A DNA stretch of 64,000 nucleotides. Origin: a virus (taxonomy: Duplodnaviria; Heunggongvirae; Uroviricota; Caudoviricetes). The DNA lies in the IMG/VR virus record IMGVR_UViG_3300027797_000011, one strand, 5' to 3'. Shown in pieces: positions 28,423 to 38,541 of the stretch; the stretch's first letter is position 1; every line of letters begins with the position of its first letter. Position numbers and translations under genes: made by a program. Under the pieces are notes generated by a model. The model had not been told where the DNA came from. It saw only the letters and a list, made by a program, of their open reading frames with translations, and did not search any database.

Positions 28423-29451
28423 ATGGCAACAATTTCATCATTACCTCGAGTAACTAGTTTATCAGACCCGACGCTGTTTTTAGTTACAGAGAACGGAGTA
28501 AGTAAAGTAGTAACCTGGCAATTTATTAAAAATAACGCTCGAGGTTACAGTGGCTCGGCGAGTAATATTAGCGGCCCCACGGGCGCAAGAGGATACAACG
28601 GCAGTCAAGGTACTGGCTTTGCCGGTAGTCGAGGTACAGCAGGTCCTGCTGGCGGATATACGGGTAGTGCAGGATTAGGGTTTGTTGGTAGTAAAGGACC
28701 TGGGTATACTGGTAGTAAAGGAGAGAAAGGTGATCCTCAAGGTTATACAGGTAGCGGAGGATCTGGTTTCGCTGGCAGTATAGGTTATAATGGTAGTCGG
28801 GGATTTTCTGGTAGTATTGGATTTATTGGATCAATGGGTTACACAGGTAGTAGTGGTGCATTTGCAGCCATTGGGTATGTTGGTAGTCCGGGTGCTTCGG
28901 GATCCCCCGGCGGATTTGTAGGTAGTCAAGGTCCGGCAGGACCGTCGGGCGGATTTACAGGTAGTCGAGGTTCGGGATTTACAGGTAGTGCAACAGCAGG
29001 ATATGTTGGCAGTCCGGGTAGCTTAAGAGGTTTCACAGGCAGTGGCGGAGGCGGCGGCGCCGGCGTTGGACTAACCAGTAGATTCGCTATTACCGGTACC
29101 ACAAACTCGTTGGCTAATGGATCTAGTGGAAATGTAACACTAACTGGATATAAATCTTACGCTTTATTGAAAGTGCAAACAAACGGTGCGGCGTGGGTAA
29201 GAATATATTCAAACGCGGCATCACAAACAGCAGATGCTTCTAGGGTTATTGGTAATGATCCTGTTCCAGGCGCGGGTGTTATTGCTGAAGTTATTAATAC
29301 AGGTAATACAACCCAGCCAATTACCCCGGCAACTATAGGGTTTAATGATGATAGTCCAGTTAGTGGTAATGTTTATGTTACCGTAACAAATCAAACTGGT
29401 GGTACAACTGCTATTACTGTTACATTAACAGTCTTACAACTTGAGGCTTAA
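28423..29451 (+). CDS. Collagen-like tail fibre protein with G[YF]xGS repeats
   Basis: About 18 copies of G-[YF]-x-G-S in a Gly-X-Y context (e.g. GYTGS, GFVGS), flanked by non-repetitive N- and C-terminal domains. Confidence 0.75.
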   Translation: MATISSLPRVTSLSDPTLFLVTENGVSKVVTWQFIKNNARGYSGSASNISGPTGARGYNGSQGTGFAGSRGTAGPAGGYTGSAGLGFVGSKGPGYTGSKGEKGDPQGYTGSGGSGFAGSIGYNGSRGFSGSIGFIGSMGYTGSSGAFAAIGYVGSPGASGSPGGFVGSQGPAGPSGGFTGSRGSGFTGSATAGYVGSPGSLRGFTGSGGGGGAGVGLTSRFAITGTTNSLANGSSGNVTLTGYKSYALLKVQTNGAAWVRIYSNAASQTADASRVIGNDPVPGAGVIAEVINTGNTTQPITPATIGFNDDSPVSGNVYVTVTNQTGGTTAITVTLTVLQLEA

Positions 29452-29453
29452 TT

Positions 29454-31196
29454 ATGTCTAATCTAAGAGAATATATTATTACTCTAAATAACTTTGAGGA
29501 TTTAGACGAGTTTTATACTGACATGGAAACACTTCGTCCTACTATGTACGGAGTTATGCCCGAGCGAACGGTTGATTGTTCTTTTAGAAGACCTGCTAGC
29601 AGAAATACTCATTATAACTTAACAGACGACGAAGCTGAAAAATTAAAAACAGATCCGAGAATATTGGCTATTGAATTAAGCCCAGAAGAGTTAGGATTAG
29701 AAATTACCCCATCTTGGGTACAGACATCTGCTGATTGGAATAAAAGCTCTATTGACTCGGTTAATGCCCATAGAAACTGGGGGTTATATAGATGTGCAAC
29801 ATTAACAGCTCAACTAACTGGCTGGGGTTCCAATGTAACTGCATCAAAATCTGGAACTGTAACTACTACTTCGGGCGGAAAAAATGTTGATGTTGTTATA
29901 TGTGACGGACATTTAGACCCCACACACCCGGAATTTGCTGTGAATGCAGACGGCACAGGCGGCAGCAGAGTTAATCAATTTAACTGGCTTATATATAATC
30001 CTCAAGTTACAGGAAATCCGGCAGGTACTTATACCTACCCTCCTTACTCTGATCCTAATTACACGGATATCTTTGGGAACCCGTCAACTGCACGTTCAAC
30101 TGATAATGATCACGGAGCTCACGTTGGTGGTACAGCTTGCGGAAATACACAAGGTTGGGCAAGAGATGCTAACATATATAATTTAAGTCCGTATGGTACA
30201 AATCAAAATTATTTTAGTGTATTTGGCGGTTCATACGGATCCAATGCGGCCCTTACAGTATTTGATTTTATAAAACAATTTCATCTAAACAAATCTATCA
30301 ATCGATCTACAGGAAGAACAAATCCCACAATAGTTAATAATAGTTGGGGGTATTCTAGAACAGTATTAATAGAAAATATATCAACAATTAATTTTAATGG
30401 AACTGTTGCTAATGGCCCATTCACAAATAATGATGTTTACTTTAAGAATTTGGTTCCTTTCGGCCCAAACTCTGCCGGAAAATATTATGTATACTTCCCA
30501 TACAGAGTGGCTTCAGTGCAAGCAGATATTGCTGATTGTATAAATGCAGGTATAATTTTAGTAGGAGCCGCTGGCAATAATTATATACGGGGTGCAAAAA
30601 CCAGTAGTGATGCTAATTGGAATGATTATATTATTCAAACAATTAACGGCGTTAACACTACTTATTATTATGGTCGCGGGTCGTCTCCAGGAGTTGACAT
30701 GATATGTGTGGGAGCACAAGGATCGTTAGCAACTGAAATGAAGGCAGATTTTAGTAATTCAGGGTCTGCGGTAGATATACTTGCACCTGGCGAAAATATT
30801 ATAAGTTCAGTTAACGATAATCTTGAAGGCGGTACTTATGATTCTAGGAATGCTAACTATCTTATTACTAAACTAAACGGGACAAGTATGGCTAGCCCGC
30901 AAGTAGCCGGAGTTCTTGCCTGTGCATTAGAAACATATCCAAATATGGATCAAACTCGGGCACTTGCTTATTTGCAAAATTATGCATTTTCAAATCAATT
31001 AACTGATACTGCTGATTGGCCGTATAGTTTTAATGATCTTCAAGGAGCTACTAATAAACTGTTACGATATAGAGTTGAAAGACCAATTTCTGGAGCAGTT
31101 TATCCAAAAGTAAATACTAACGCAAGACCAACATCCGGCCACGTTTTCCCCCGTAACAGAATATATAGATACGGTCCCGAGGAGGGACTAGTATAA
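29454..31196 (+). CDS. Subtilisin-like serine protease (S8) in the tail module
   Basis: Catalytic triad motifs VDVVICDG, HGAHVGGTACG and GTSMASPQVAG; oxyanion region GAAGN; propeptide-like N-terminus. Confidence 0.9.
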   Translation: MSNLREYIITLNNFEDLDEFYTDMETLRPTMYGVMPERTVDCSFRRPASRNTHYNLTDDEAEKLKTDPRILAIELSPEELGLEITPSWVQTSADWNKSSIDSVNAHRNWGLYRCATLTAQLTGWGSNVTASKSGTVTTTSGGKNVDVVICDGHLDPTHPEFAVNADGTGGSRVNQFNWLIYNPQVTGNPAGTYTYPPYSDPNYTDIFGNPSTARSTDNDHGAHVGGTACGNTQGWARDANIYNLSPYGTNQNYFSVFGGSYGSNAALTVFDFIKQFHLNKSINRSTGRTNPTIVNNSWGYSRTVLIENISTINFNGTVANGPFTNNDVYFKNLVPFGPNSAGKYYVYFPYRVASVQADIADCINAGIILVGAAGNNYIRGAKTSSDANWNDYIIQTINGVNTTYYYGRGSSPGVDMICVGAQGSLATEMKADFSNSGSAVDILAPGENIISSVNDNLEGGTYDSRNANYLITKLNGTSMASPQVAGVLACALETYPNMDQTRALAYLQNYAFSNQLTDTADWPYSFNDLQGATNKLLRYRVERPISGAVYPKVNTNARPTSGHVFPRNRIYRYGPEEGLV

Positions 31197-31205
31197 ATCA
31201 AACGG

Positions 31206-31212
31206 ATAAATA
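31206..31212 (+). promoter_or_regulatory. Late promoter core ATAAATA
   Basis: Immediately upstream of the 31218 start. Confidence 0.45.
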
Positions 31213-31217
31213 TCACT

Positions 31218-31868
31218 ATGGACAATATTGAGAATCAAAAAATGCAAGAACCCCAACAAAATACCCCTACCAACGAGCAAGCAGGAATTCGATTACAAGG
31301 TCATATTAAGATATTTGACCCTAAAACCAAAGAAGTTTACGTAGATAAACGTAATGCAATTCATTATGAAAACTTCAGTATTGCATTAGCTAGCGGTGTT
31401 AGTAATCAAGAATCGGGCGTTATTGCAGAAATGGCATTTGGCAATGGCGGTAGTAGAATTGACCCTACAGGGATTATTACCTACTTAACACCAAATAGTT
31501 CAGGTAGTGGAGCCAGTCTTTACAATCAAACTTATTATAAAACTGTTGATGGTCGAAATCCAAATGCAACAGATCCAAGTCGAAACTTCATGGAAGTTAG
31601 GCATATTGTTGGTACTACCTACAGCGATATATTAGTCAGTTGTTTGTTAGACTACGGTGAGCCAAGCGGGCAAGCGGCATTTGATACAGGTGCTAATCAA
31701 GATAACAGTTTTGTATTTGACGAGCTAGGATTAAAAAGTTATAACTCTGCAGGTCCTAATACAGGACTTTTGTTAACACACGTAATTTTCCACCCAGTAC
31801 AAAAATCATTAAACAGATTAATACAGGTAGATTATACAATTAGAGTACAGAGTCTTAGCGGAGTTTAA
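31218..31868 (+). CDS. Conserved virion structural protein (baseplate/tail-fibre associated)
   Basis: VDKRNAIHYEN...MAFGNGG...FVFDELGL...LLTHVIFHPVQKSLNRLIQVDYTIR; context in the tail operon. Confidence 0.6.
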   Translation: MDNIENQKMQEPQQNTPTNEQAGIRLQGHIKIFDPKTKEVYVDKRNAIHYENFSIALASGVSNQESGVIAEMAFGNGGSRIDPTGIITYLTPNSSGSGASLYNQTYYKTVDGRNPNATDPSRNFMEVRHIVGTTYSDILVSCLLDYGEPSGQAAFDTGANQDNSFVFDELGLKSYNSAGPNTGLLLTHVIFHPVQKSLNRLIQVDYTIRVQSLSGV

Positions 31869-31870
31869 CA

Positions 31871-33340
31871 ATGACATATTCAGTCCATTTTTCTAATTCA
31901 GTTAAGAACCCAATTGTTGTTGCAGATAGCACGGTTAATAATGACACCAGTTTAAATCTAGTAGGAAAAAATTCTTCTAATTATGGACAACTGTTTGCGG
32001 AAAACTTTCTTCATCTTTTAGAAAATGCGGCTAATTTAACAGCACCAGATACTCCTGTAGAAGGACAGTTATGGTATGATACCAGTGCTCCTACTTCTAA
32101 AATATTAAAAGTTTACGATGGTGCAAACTGGGTTCCGGCTAACGGAGTACATCAAGCTAGTTCAAACCCTACTAGTAAAAAAGTAGGTGATATATGGGTT
32201 GATACATTAACCAGTCAGTTAAACATTTGGAACGGATATGAATGGCTATTAATTGGTCCCACTTCGTCGAGCGGATTAAAGAATGGAATTTATCCAACTA
32301 CACTTCTTGACAATTTAGGCGACCAGGCAATATATCATAATGTAATTTTAAGTTACATTAATGATGATGTTATAACCATCGTTGCAAAAGAATCATTCAC
32401 TCCTAACCCAGTAATTTCTGGATTCTCCTCACTTGTTCCTGGATTAAATGTTAGTACAAAACAATTTAATGGTGCTACTGCTAGACTAGGCGGCCTTGCT
32501 AATACTGCACTAAGTTTGCAAGTGTCAAATTCCACAGACCCTGTACTAGCCGATTATTTTTTAAGAAATGACGTACCTGGAAGAATTAACGGGTATTTGC
32601 GTATCGACGGTGACACAGGACTATGGATAGGAAATGTTACACAAACCGTTCAACTATATAGGAGTGGTGGTCGTGACGCAGTTCTTGCCAACAGATATAG
32701 CGGTGCTAATATAGGACTTTCTATTTTAAAAGGTAACACTTTAAATGAAATTGTTACTGTAGATGGCAACTATTTGCGTGTTGGAATTAATAACGATGCC
32801 CCTACAGTTGAGTTAGATGTTATTGGGTCAGCAAAGATTTCCGGCACACTAGCAATAGATGATGCAGTATCTTTTGCCGACGATCTTGATGTACTAGGAA
32901 CTGTATCAATTGGACAAGAATTGACTATTGGCATGGACACTACAGTTAACGGTCAGTTGTATATAAGTCGGCAAGATTCCAGTAATAATCCTATTCCCGG
33001 CTCAGCAGTAATGCCTGGAGAACCAAATATATATGACCTAGGAGCAATAGATGCTCCTTTTAGAAATGTGTATGCTAATTCTTTTATTACAACATCGACC
33101 GCATTTTCTATGGTGCCAACTGGAGCAATAACTTTATTTGCGGGTGCGGTTGCACCGGATGGATTTATAGTATGTGATGGTAGTTCAAAACTTAGGACAG
33201 CTTATCCTAAACTGTTTAGTGTAATTTCTACAACTTACGGATCAACTAACGAGAATGAGTTTAACGTGCCTCAGCTAGATGCATTACCGGCTATTAATCC
33301 TAACGTTACTGTTAGTTTAAATTATATAATAAAGTATTAA
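31871..33340 (+). CDS. Tail fibre/virion protein, paralogue 1, with C-terminal tail-collar-like domain
   Basis: Shared N-terminal domain (TSLNLVGKN...LLENAA...GQLWYD); PTGAITLFAGAVAPDGFIVCDG collar motif. Confidence 0.7.
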   Translation: MTYSVHFSNSVKNPIVVADSTVNNDTSLNLVGKNSSNYGQLFAENFLHLLENAANLTAPDTPVEGQLWYDTSAPTSKILKVYDGANWVPANGVHQASSNPTSKKVGDIWVDTLTSQLNIWNGYEWLLIGPTSSSGLKNGIYPTTLLDNLGDQAIYHNVILSYINDDVITIVAKESFTPNPVISGFSSLVPGLNVSTKQFNGATARLGGLANTALSLQVSNSTDPVLADYFLRNDVPGRINGYLRIDGDTGLWIGNVTQTVQLYRSGGRDAVLANRYSGANIGLSILKGNTLNEIVTVDGNYLRVGINNDAPTVELDVIGSAKISGTLAIDDAVSFADDLDVLGTVSIGQELTIGMDTTVNGQLYISRQDSSNNPIPGSAVMPGEPNIYDLGAIDAPFRNVYANSFITTSTAFSMVPTGAITLFAGAVAPDGFIVCDGSSKLRTAYPKLFSVISTTYGSTNENEFNVPQLDALPAINPNVTVSLNYIIKY

Positions 33341-33344
33341 CGAT

Positions 33345-35504
33345 ATGGCATACACAATTAAAAACGCAGATGGCACAGTTTTACTAAATCTAGTTGACGG
33401 AACCGTAGATAAAACAACTACAAGTCTTACTTTAATAGGTAGGAATACAGACGCCTACGGTACAGCACTAAACACTAATCTAGTAAACATTTTACAGAAT
33501 TTTGCAAGCATATCACAACCAAGAAGCCCCCTAACTGGTCAACTATGGTATGATGTATCTGCTGGCAGATTAAAAGTTTTTAACTTAGATGGAGTATTTG
33601 GAGAAATATCTGCATCTATATTAAGCGACATTAAGCCTACAATTTTAAAACAAGGTGACCTTTGGATAGACACTACAAATGATCAATTATATTTTACAGT
33701 TGATGGAGTGAATACAACTTTAGCAGGCCCAATATATTCTTCTCAGGATGGGAAATCTGGATGGGTAACGGCAGAAGTGCTTGATACAGGAAATAGAACA
33801 CGAAAAATTACTAGTTTGTATGCAAATGATCAAATGCTTGGAGTATTAAGTACATCAAGTTTTGAGCTTAAAGAGTCATTCCGTGGCACAGGCTTTCAAT
33901 ATATAACAGCTGGACTAACTTTAAATCCATCAATTCCCGGAATAAGATTTGCTGGCACATCGACTAATGCTGATGCGATTCTTGGAATAAATGCTCAAGA
34001 TTATCTATTAAAACAAAATAATGGTGATGACCAGCAAATTCAGGGAGCTGGCGGACTTGTACTTTTATCTGATGCAGGTCTTACTGTAGGTCTTTACAGT
34101 GATTTAGAAATATTTGCAGGCGGCGCAATTGGATCGAGGTCGACGGCAATTAGAAATACAATAGTTGACGGATCAACAAAGTTTATTACAGTTAAATCTA
34201 ATTCGCCTGGTCCAAATGCAGAAGTAACTCCGTTAACTTTAAAAAGAGATAGAGTAGGAGTTAACACATTAAACCCTATTACTAATTTTCATGTTGAAGG
34301 AAGTGCATTCTTTAATGGAAACGTAGAAGTATACAGTAACTTATATGTATATGGTACATATACTTCTATTTCGTCTACACTAATAGAAATTGCTGATAAA
34401 AATATTGAACTGGCAGTTATGCCACAAGGCACCCCAGCAAGTGACACATTTGCCGACGGTGGTGGTCTAACACTACACGGCAGTACTGATAAAACATTAA
34501 CCTACATAAATTCTTATACTGCTTGGTCGTCAAATATTGATTTTAATATTGCCACTGGTAGATCATACAAAGCTGGGGGAGTAACGGTATTAACAACTTC
34601 AACGTTGGGTCCTACAGTTGTTAATTCTAATATTAGAACTCTTGGAGTGCTAACACAACTTACTGTCACTAATGTGCTAATTAAAGGAAGTGGTATTTCT
34701 TCTTTAGATTCAAGTTATGTTATTGCAAGTGCTAGTTCAACTGATACAAATATTGGGTCTGTTATTACAATAAATCTAGGAGCAACAGTTCCTATTCTTA
34801 GTTCGGGAACTACCGTAACCGTATTGGGTATTGCCGATCTTGGGTATAACGGCACCTACAATATTAAATCAATTGTTAGCACAGGAACTTCATTTACAGT
34901 AATTGCCGCAAATACATTATCATCAGTGACTGCAATTATGGGAGCAAACCCTGTTGCTGAATTTAAAGATTTAATGTTAACAACACAGTCTTCGCCTATT
35001 GATGCAGGTATTGATGCTACAGCAAGACGCATTAAAAATGTACAGTATTCTAATGTACCAACTGATGCGGCTACTGTGCAATTTGCAATTGATGCAGGGT
35101 CTGTACAAAGTTTAAAAGGATTTATTGTTACACTTGATGTATCAAAGATGATAAATCAAAATGCTGAAATTATTACAATTTTAAATGCACTTTCTCCACC
35201 ACTTAATACGGTGCCAAATGACGGACTATATCAAAATGATTATCAATATGACTTACCTATAGGATATCGTGCAAGAGTATTGTGTCAATCTAATAGTATC
35301 AGTGTACCACCGCAACCAGTTAATGTGTCAGCGGCCACTTCGCCAGTTATGGCATACCCAGATGGGACCGAATTATTAGCGATTACAAACGTTGCAGTTA
35401 GTACCGTGGGCGTGATAACAACTGCAACTGTTTCATATAGCATTAAAGAATTTAGAGTTATCGATGGCCCTCCACGCTGGGCATGGTACAGAAATATACC
35501 TTAA
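33345..35504 (+). CDS. Tail fibre/virion protein, paralogue 2
   Basis: Same N-terminal domain (TSLTLIGRN...ILQNFA...GQLWYD); Thr/Ser-rich beta-strand body. Confidence 0.7.
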   Translation: MAYTIKNADGTVLLNLVDGTVDKTTTSLTLIGRNTDAYGTALNTNLVNILQNFASISQPRSPLTGQLWYDVSAGRLKVFNLDGVFGEISASILSDIKPTILKQGDLWIDTTNDQLYFTVDGVNTTLAGPIYSSQDGKSGWVTAEVLDTGNRTRKITSLYANDQMLGVLSTSSFELKESFRGTGFQYITAGLTLNPSIPGIRFAGTSTNADAILGINAQDYLLKQNNGDDQQIQGAGGLVLLSDAGLTVGLYSDLEIFAGGAIGSRSTAIRNTIVDGSTKFITVKSNSPGPNAEVTPLTLKRDRVGVNTLNPITNFHVEGSAFFNGNVEVYSNLYVYGTYTSISSTLIEIADKNIELAVMPQGTPASDTFADGGGLTLHGSTDKTLTYINSYTAWSSNIDFNIATGRSYKAGGVTVLTTSTLGPTVVNSNIRTLGVLTQLTVTNVLIKGSGISSLDSSYVIASASSTDTNIGSVITINLGATVPILSSGTTVTVLGIADLGYNGTYNIKSIVSTGTSFTVIAANTLSSVTAIMGANPVAEFKDLMLTTQSSPIDAGIDATARRIKNVQYSNVPTDAATVQFAIDAGSVQSLKGFIVTLDVSKMINQNAEIITILNALSPPLNTVPNDGLYQNDYQYDLPIGYRARVLCQSNSISVPPQPVNVSAATSPVMAYPDGTELLAITNVAVSTVGVITTATVSYSIKEFRVIDGPPRWAWYRNIP

Positions 35505-35514
35505 GGAATTGTAG

Positions 35515-36459
35515 ATGTCATACTCGATTAGAAAAACGGATGGTAGTTTAATAATAGATCTAGCTGTAGGAACTACTGATTTTACAAGAACAAGTCTAGC
35601 ATTGATAGGAAAAAATGCTTCGGATTTTGGGCTGAATCAAAATCAAAACTTCGTAAGATTACTAGAGAATTTTGCGGCTACGGATATACCTAATAATGCA
35701 TTAGTAGGTCAACTTTGGTTTAACATCGATGCACAACAATTAAATGTAAAAACAGCTTCTGGCTTTACACCTATTGGACCATTTTCGGAACCAGCAACAC
35801 CGGCAATAGGCGATAAATCAACTTCATTGGCTACTACCGCGTTTGTACATGGTATATTGCCCACAGGATCTATTATATTATGGTACGGCTCAGTTGCTAG
35901 CATCCCAACTGGTTGGGCTCTTTGCAACGGACAAACATCTAACGGCGTACAAACTCCCGATTTATGCGGAGTATTTGTCATGGGGGCAGGAACATCGCCT
36001 GCTAAATTAAGTATACCTGGTTATGTTCCTAAGGTTCCCGGCGATGCAGGAGGTAACAGTTCAATAACAGCAACACCTACGCATAGTCATCAGTTTTCAA
36101 CAAATGAAGTAACACTTCCTCACTCTCATCAGGTGTTTGGAAGTGTTAGCATTGGTCCTCACAAACACGTATTTCCAGGTGATGATCAATTAAGTTTTGC
36201 AAGTGGTAGAGGCAATTGGTCTGCTAATTCTCGGGCAGGTTTTAATTACGATGCTACCTCTAGGGGTAGTGGAGGCGGCCAACTATGGGAAACTACCACA
36301 AACTTAGATGGTAATGGCACATCGGGGACACTTAATGTAACCTCTGCTGAATCTAGCCCAGTGCATACGCATACTGGTACAACTAACCCAACGGGTGATA
36401 GTTCAGTAGATATTACAAATCCGTATTATGCACTTGCTTACATCATGAAGGTAATTTAA
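35515..36459 (+). CDS. Tail fibre/virion protein, paralogue 3, with collar and short-fibre tip motifs
   Basis: Same N-terminal domain; PTGSIILWYGSVASIPTGWALCNG...TPDL collar; HSH/HKH/HTH repeats; NPYYALAYIMK end. Confidence 0.75.
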   Translation: MSYSIRKTDGSLIIDLAVGTTDFTRTSLALIGKNASDFGLNQNQNFVRLLENFAATDIPNNALVGQLWFNIDAQQLNVKTASGFTPIGPFSEPATPAIGDKSTSLATTAFVHGILPTGSIILWYGSVASIPTGWALCNGQTSNGVQTPDLCGVFVMGAGTSPAKLSIPGYVPKVPGDAGGNSSITATPTHSHQFSTNEVTLPHSHQVFGSVSIGPHKHVFPGDDQLSFASGRGNWSANSRAGFNYDATSRGSGGGQLWETTTNLDGNGTSGTLNVTSAESSPVHTHTGTTNPTGDSSVDITNPYYALAYIMKVI

Positions 36460-36472
36460 TTGGAGTTTATGG

Positions 36473-37669
36473 ATGCCCTATACGATATATAAAACAAACG
36501 GTATAAAACTAACCACTGTTGAAGACGGTACGTTAAATCTAACAACGGACCTACAACTTGTTGGAAAAAACTATGCCGGATATGGGCAGGTTGTAAACGG
36601 CAACCTAATAAAATTATTAGAGAATTTTGCTAATGCATCGGCTCCGGCTCGTCCATTAGCAGGACAGTTTTGGTACGATACAACCAATCAAAAAATTAAA
36701 TTCTATACGGGCACTCGATGGACTCCGTTGGCAACTACTAATGTGTCATCTAATATACCCACAGATTTAACTAACGGTGAATTTTGGTATGATTCTTCGT
36801 CCAAGAAATTATACATTAAGTACAACGGCAACTTTGAATTAATTGGACCAGGTACTGGCGGGGTAGGGTCTGTTAACGGATCGTTAAGTACAACTAGGGT
36901 ACAAGCAACTAGCGGTCGTTTTGATGTTATCGAGTTACCAATAGGTGACAGCATACCAGCAATAGTATCGTCACATGAATTTACAGTCGATGCTACGGAT
37001 CCTTTGATTACGTTATATTCTAATGTAAAAAATGGAATTACATTATATGGCGCCGATCCTGTGACAGGAATATCGTCATCGACTGGTGTTTATTTTTGGG
37101 GATCTGCTGCCGATTCGGTTCGATTAGGTGGTAAAGTATCTACTGATTTTTTAATGAAAACAGAAGTTGGAACGCTTACTGGGAATATTACTGAGCTAAC
37201 TAATATTACTCGTATCAGTTCTGGATCACCGGCAACACCGGGAACAATTGAAGGTACCTGGGCACTTACTGCTGGTTCTACATTGCAAGCAACTTATGCT
37301 GACTTAGCTGAACGATACGAAGCGGATGCAGAATACAACCCCGGAACTGTTTTGGTACTAGGTGGAGATAAAGAAGTCACAGTTACAACAACTTTTGCTG
37401 ATACAAGGGTAGCGGGTATTGTATCTACAAATCCTGCATTTAAGTTAAATTCCGACGCAGGAACTGACAAAACTCACCCCTATATTGCCTTAAAAGGTCG
37501 AGTTCCGTGTAAAGTTCAGGGGTATATTAAGAAGGGTGATCTAATAGTAACAAGTAGTACACCCGGATATGGAATAGCCGCCAGCAGTGTTTTTGGCGGC
37601 GCCATAATAGGAAAAGCCCTAGGAACTCAATCCGAGGGCTTTGGAATTATTGAAGTTTTAGTAGTTTAA
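36473..37669 (+). CDS. Tail fibre/virion protein, paralogue 4, with putative C-terminal autocleavage/chaperone domain
   Basis: Same N-terminal domain; C-terminal YADLAERYEAD...GTVLVLGG...GIVSTNP...IALKGRVPCKV. Confidence 0.7.
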   Translation: MPYTIYKTNGIKLTTVEDGTLNLTTDLQLVGKNYAGYGQVVNGNLIKLLENFANASAPARPLAGQFWYDTTNQKIKFYTGTRWTPLATTNVSSNIPTDLTNGEFWYDSSSKKLYIKYNGNFELIGPGTGGVGSVNGSLSTTRVQATSGRFDVIELPIGDSIPAIVSSHEFTVDATDPLITLYSNVKNGITLYGADPVTGISSSTGVYFWGSAADSVRLGGKVSTDFLMKTEVGTLTGNITELTNITRISSGSPATPGTIEGTWALTAGSTLQATYADLAERYEADAEYNPGTVLVLGGDKEVTVTTTFADTRVAGIVSTNPAFKLNSDAGTDKTHPYIALKGRVPCKVQGYIKKGDLIVTSSTPGYGIAASSVFGGAIIGKALGTQSEGFGIIEVLVV

Positions 37670-38541
37670 ACAGCCATAGGTGCTGTTATAGCTTCGTGAC
37701 TTTGATAGTTAACTAACTCAATAGCTTCCATAGTAAATTCTGTAATGCTTACTATTTCTGGATTCAATTGTAATTTTGGTGGTGCAAATGGTTTACGTGC
37801 AATTTGCTCTTTAACCTGATCTATATGATTTTCATAGATATGTGCATCACCTAAAACAATAGTAAGCTCTCCTACATTTAATTTACATGCCTGTGCAATC
37901 ATATGCGTGAACAATGCATAACTTGCAATGTTAAAAGGCACTCCAAGAAACATGTCCGCCGAACGTTGATACATCTGACAACTTAGTTTTTTGTCTGTAC
38001 TAACATAGAATTGTGCCATCATATGGCACGGAGGAAGGGCCATGAGATTTAATTCTCCCGGATTCCATGCAGTTAGAATATGTCTGCGTCCATAAGGATC
38101 TTTATTAATGCTGTTGATTAATTCAGCTAATTGATCAATATGCCTTACGCCCATTTTGTTTACACCAAATACCGGTGCTCTCCACGCTCGCCATTGCACT
38201 CCATATACACGCCCTAGATCGCCTACATGCTTTTTGTTAGGCAACCAATAATCGGCATTCGCATTATCTGTCCAGATAGTTCGTTTAGTCGAGTCTCGAT
38301 CTCCGTGTAAAATCTCTCTCAATCGACGCTCATCTCCTGAACCTTCGATAAACCACAGTAGCTCGGATACTATACTTTTCCATGCTAACTTCTTAGTAGT
38401 AATTGCAGGAAATCCTTTCTGCAAATCAAACTTTAATTGGATACCGAATTTAGAAAAGGTGCCAACTCCTGTTCGATCAGGGCGTTGTTCACCAGTTTCT
38501 AAAATACTTTTTAATGCATCTATGTATATTTTTTCTGACAT
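37666..38541 (-). CDS. thyA: Thymidylate synthase
   Basis: DRTGVGT, LPPCH and YQRSADMFLGVPFNIASY; the Asn in PFN indicates dUMP specificity. Confidence 0.95.
   Translation of the reverse strand: MSEKIYIDALKSILETGEQRPDRTGVGTFSKFGIQLKFDLQKGFPAITTKKLAWKSIVSELLWFIEGSGDERRLREILHGDRDSTKRTIWTDNANADYWLPNKKHVGDLGRVYGVQWRAWRAPVFGVNKMGVRHIDQLAELINSINKDPYGRRHILTAWNPGELNLMALPPCHMMAQFYVSTDKKLSCQMYQRSADMFLGVPFNIASYALFTHMIAQACKLNVGELTIVLGDAHIYENHIDQVKEQIARKPFAPPKLQLNPEIVSITEFTMEAIELVNYQSHEAITAPMAV

Noticed and set aside
28423-29100. CRISPR or guide-RNA array suggested by recurring GGTAGT
   Set aside because: The repeats are short, irregularly spaced and in frame, and are explained by Gly-Ser codons of the collagen-like protein.
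37666-38541. dCMP/dUMP hydroxymethylase
   Set aside because: It has canonical ThyA motifs with Asn in PFNIASY and full ThyA length.
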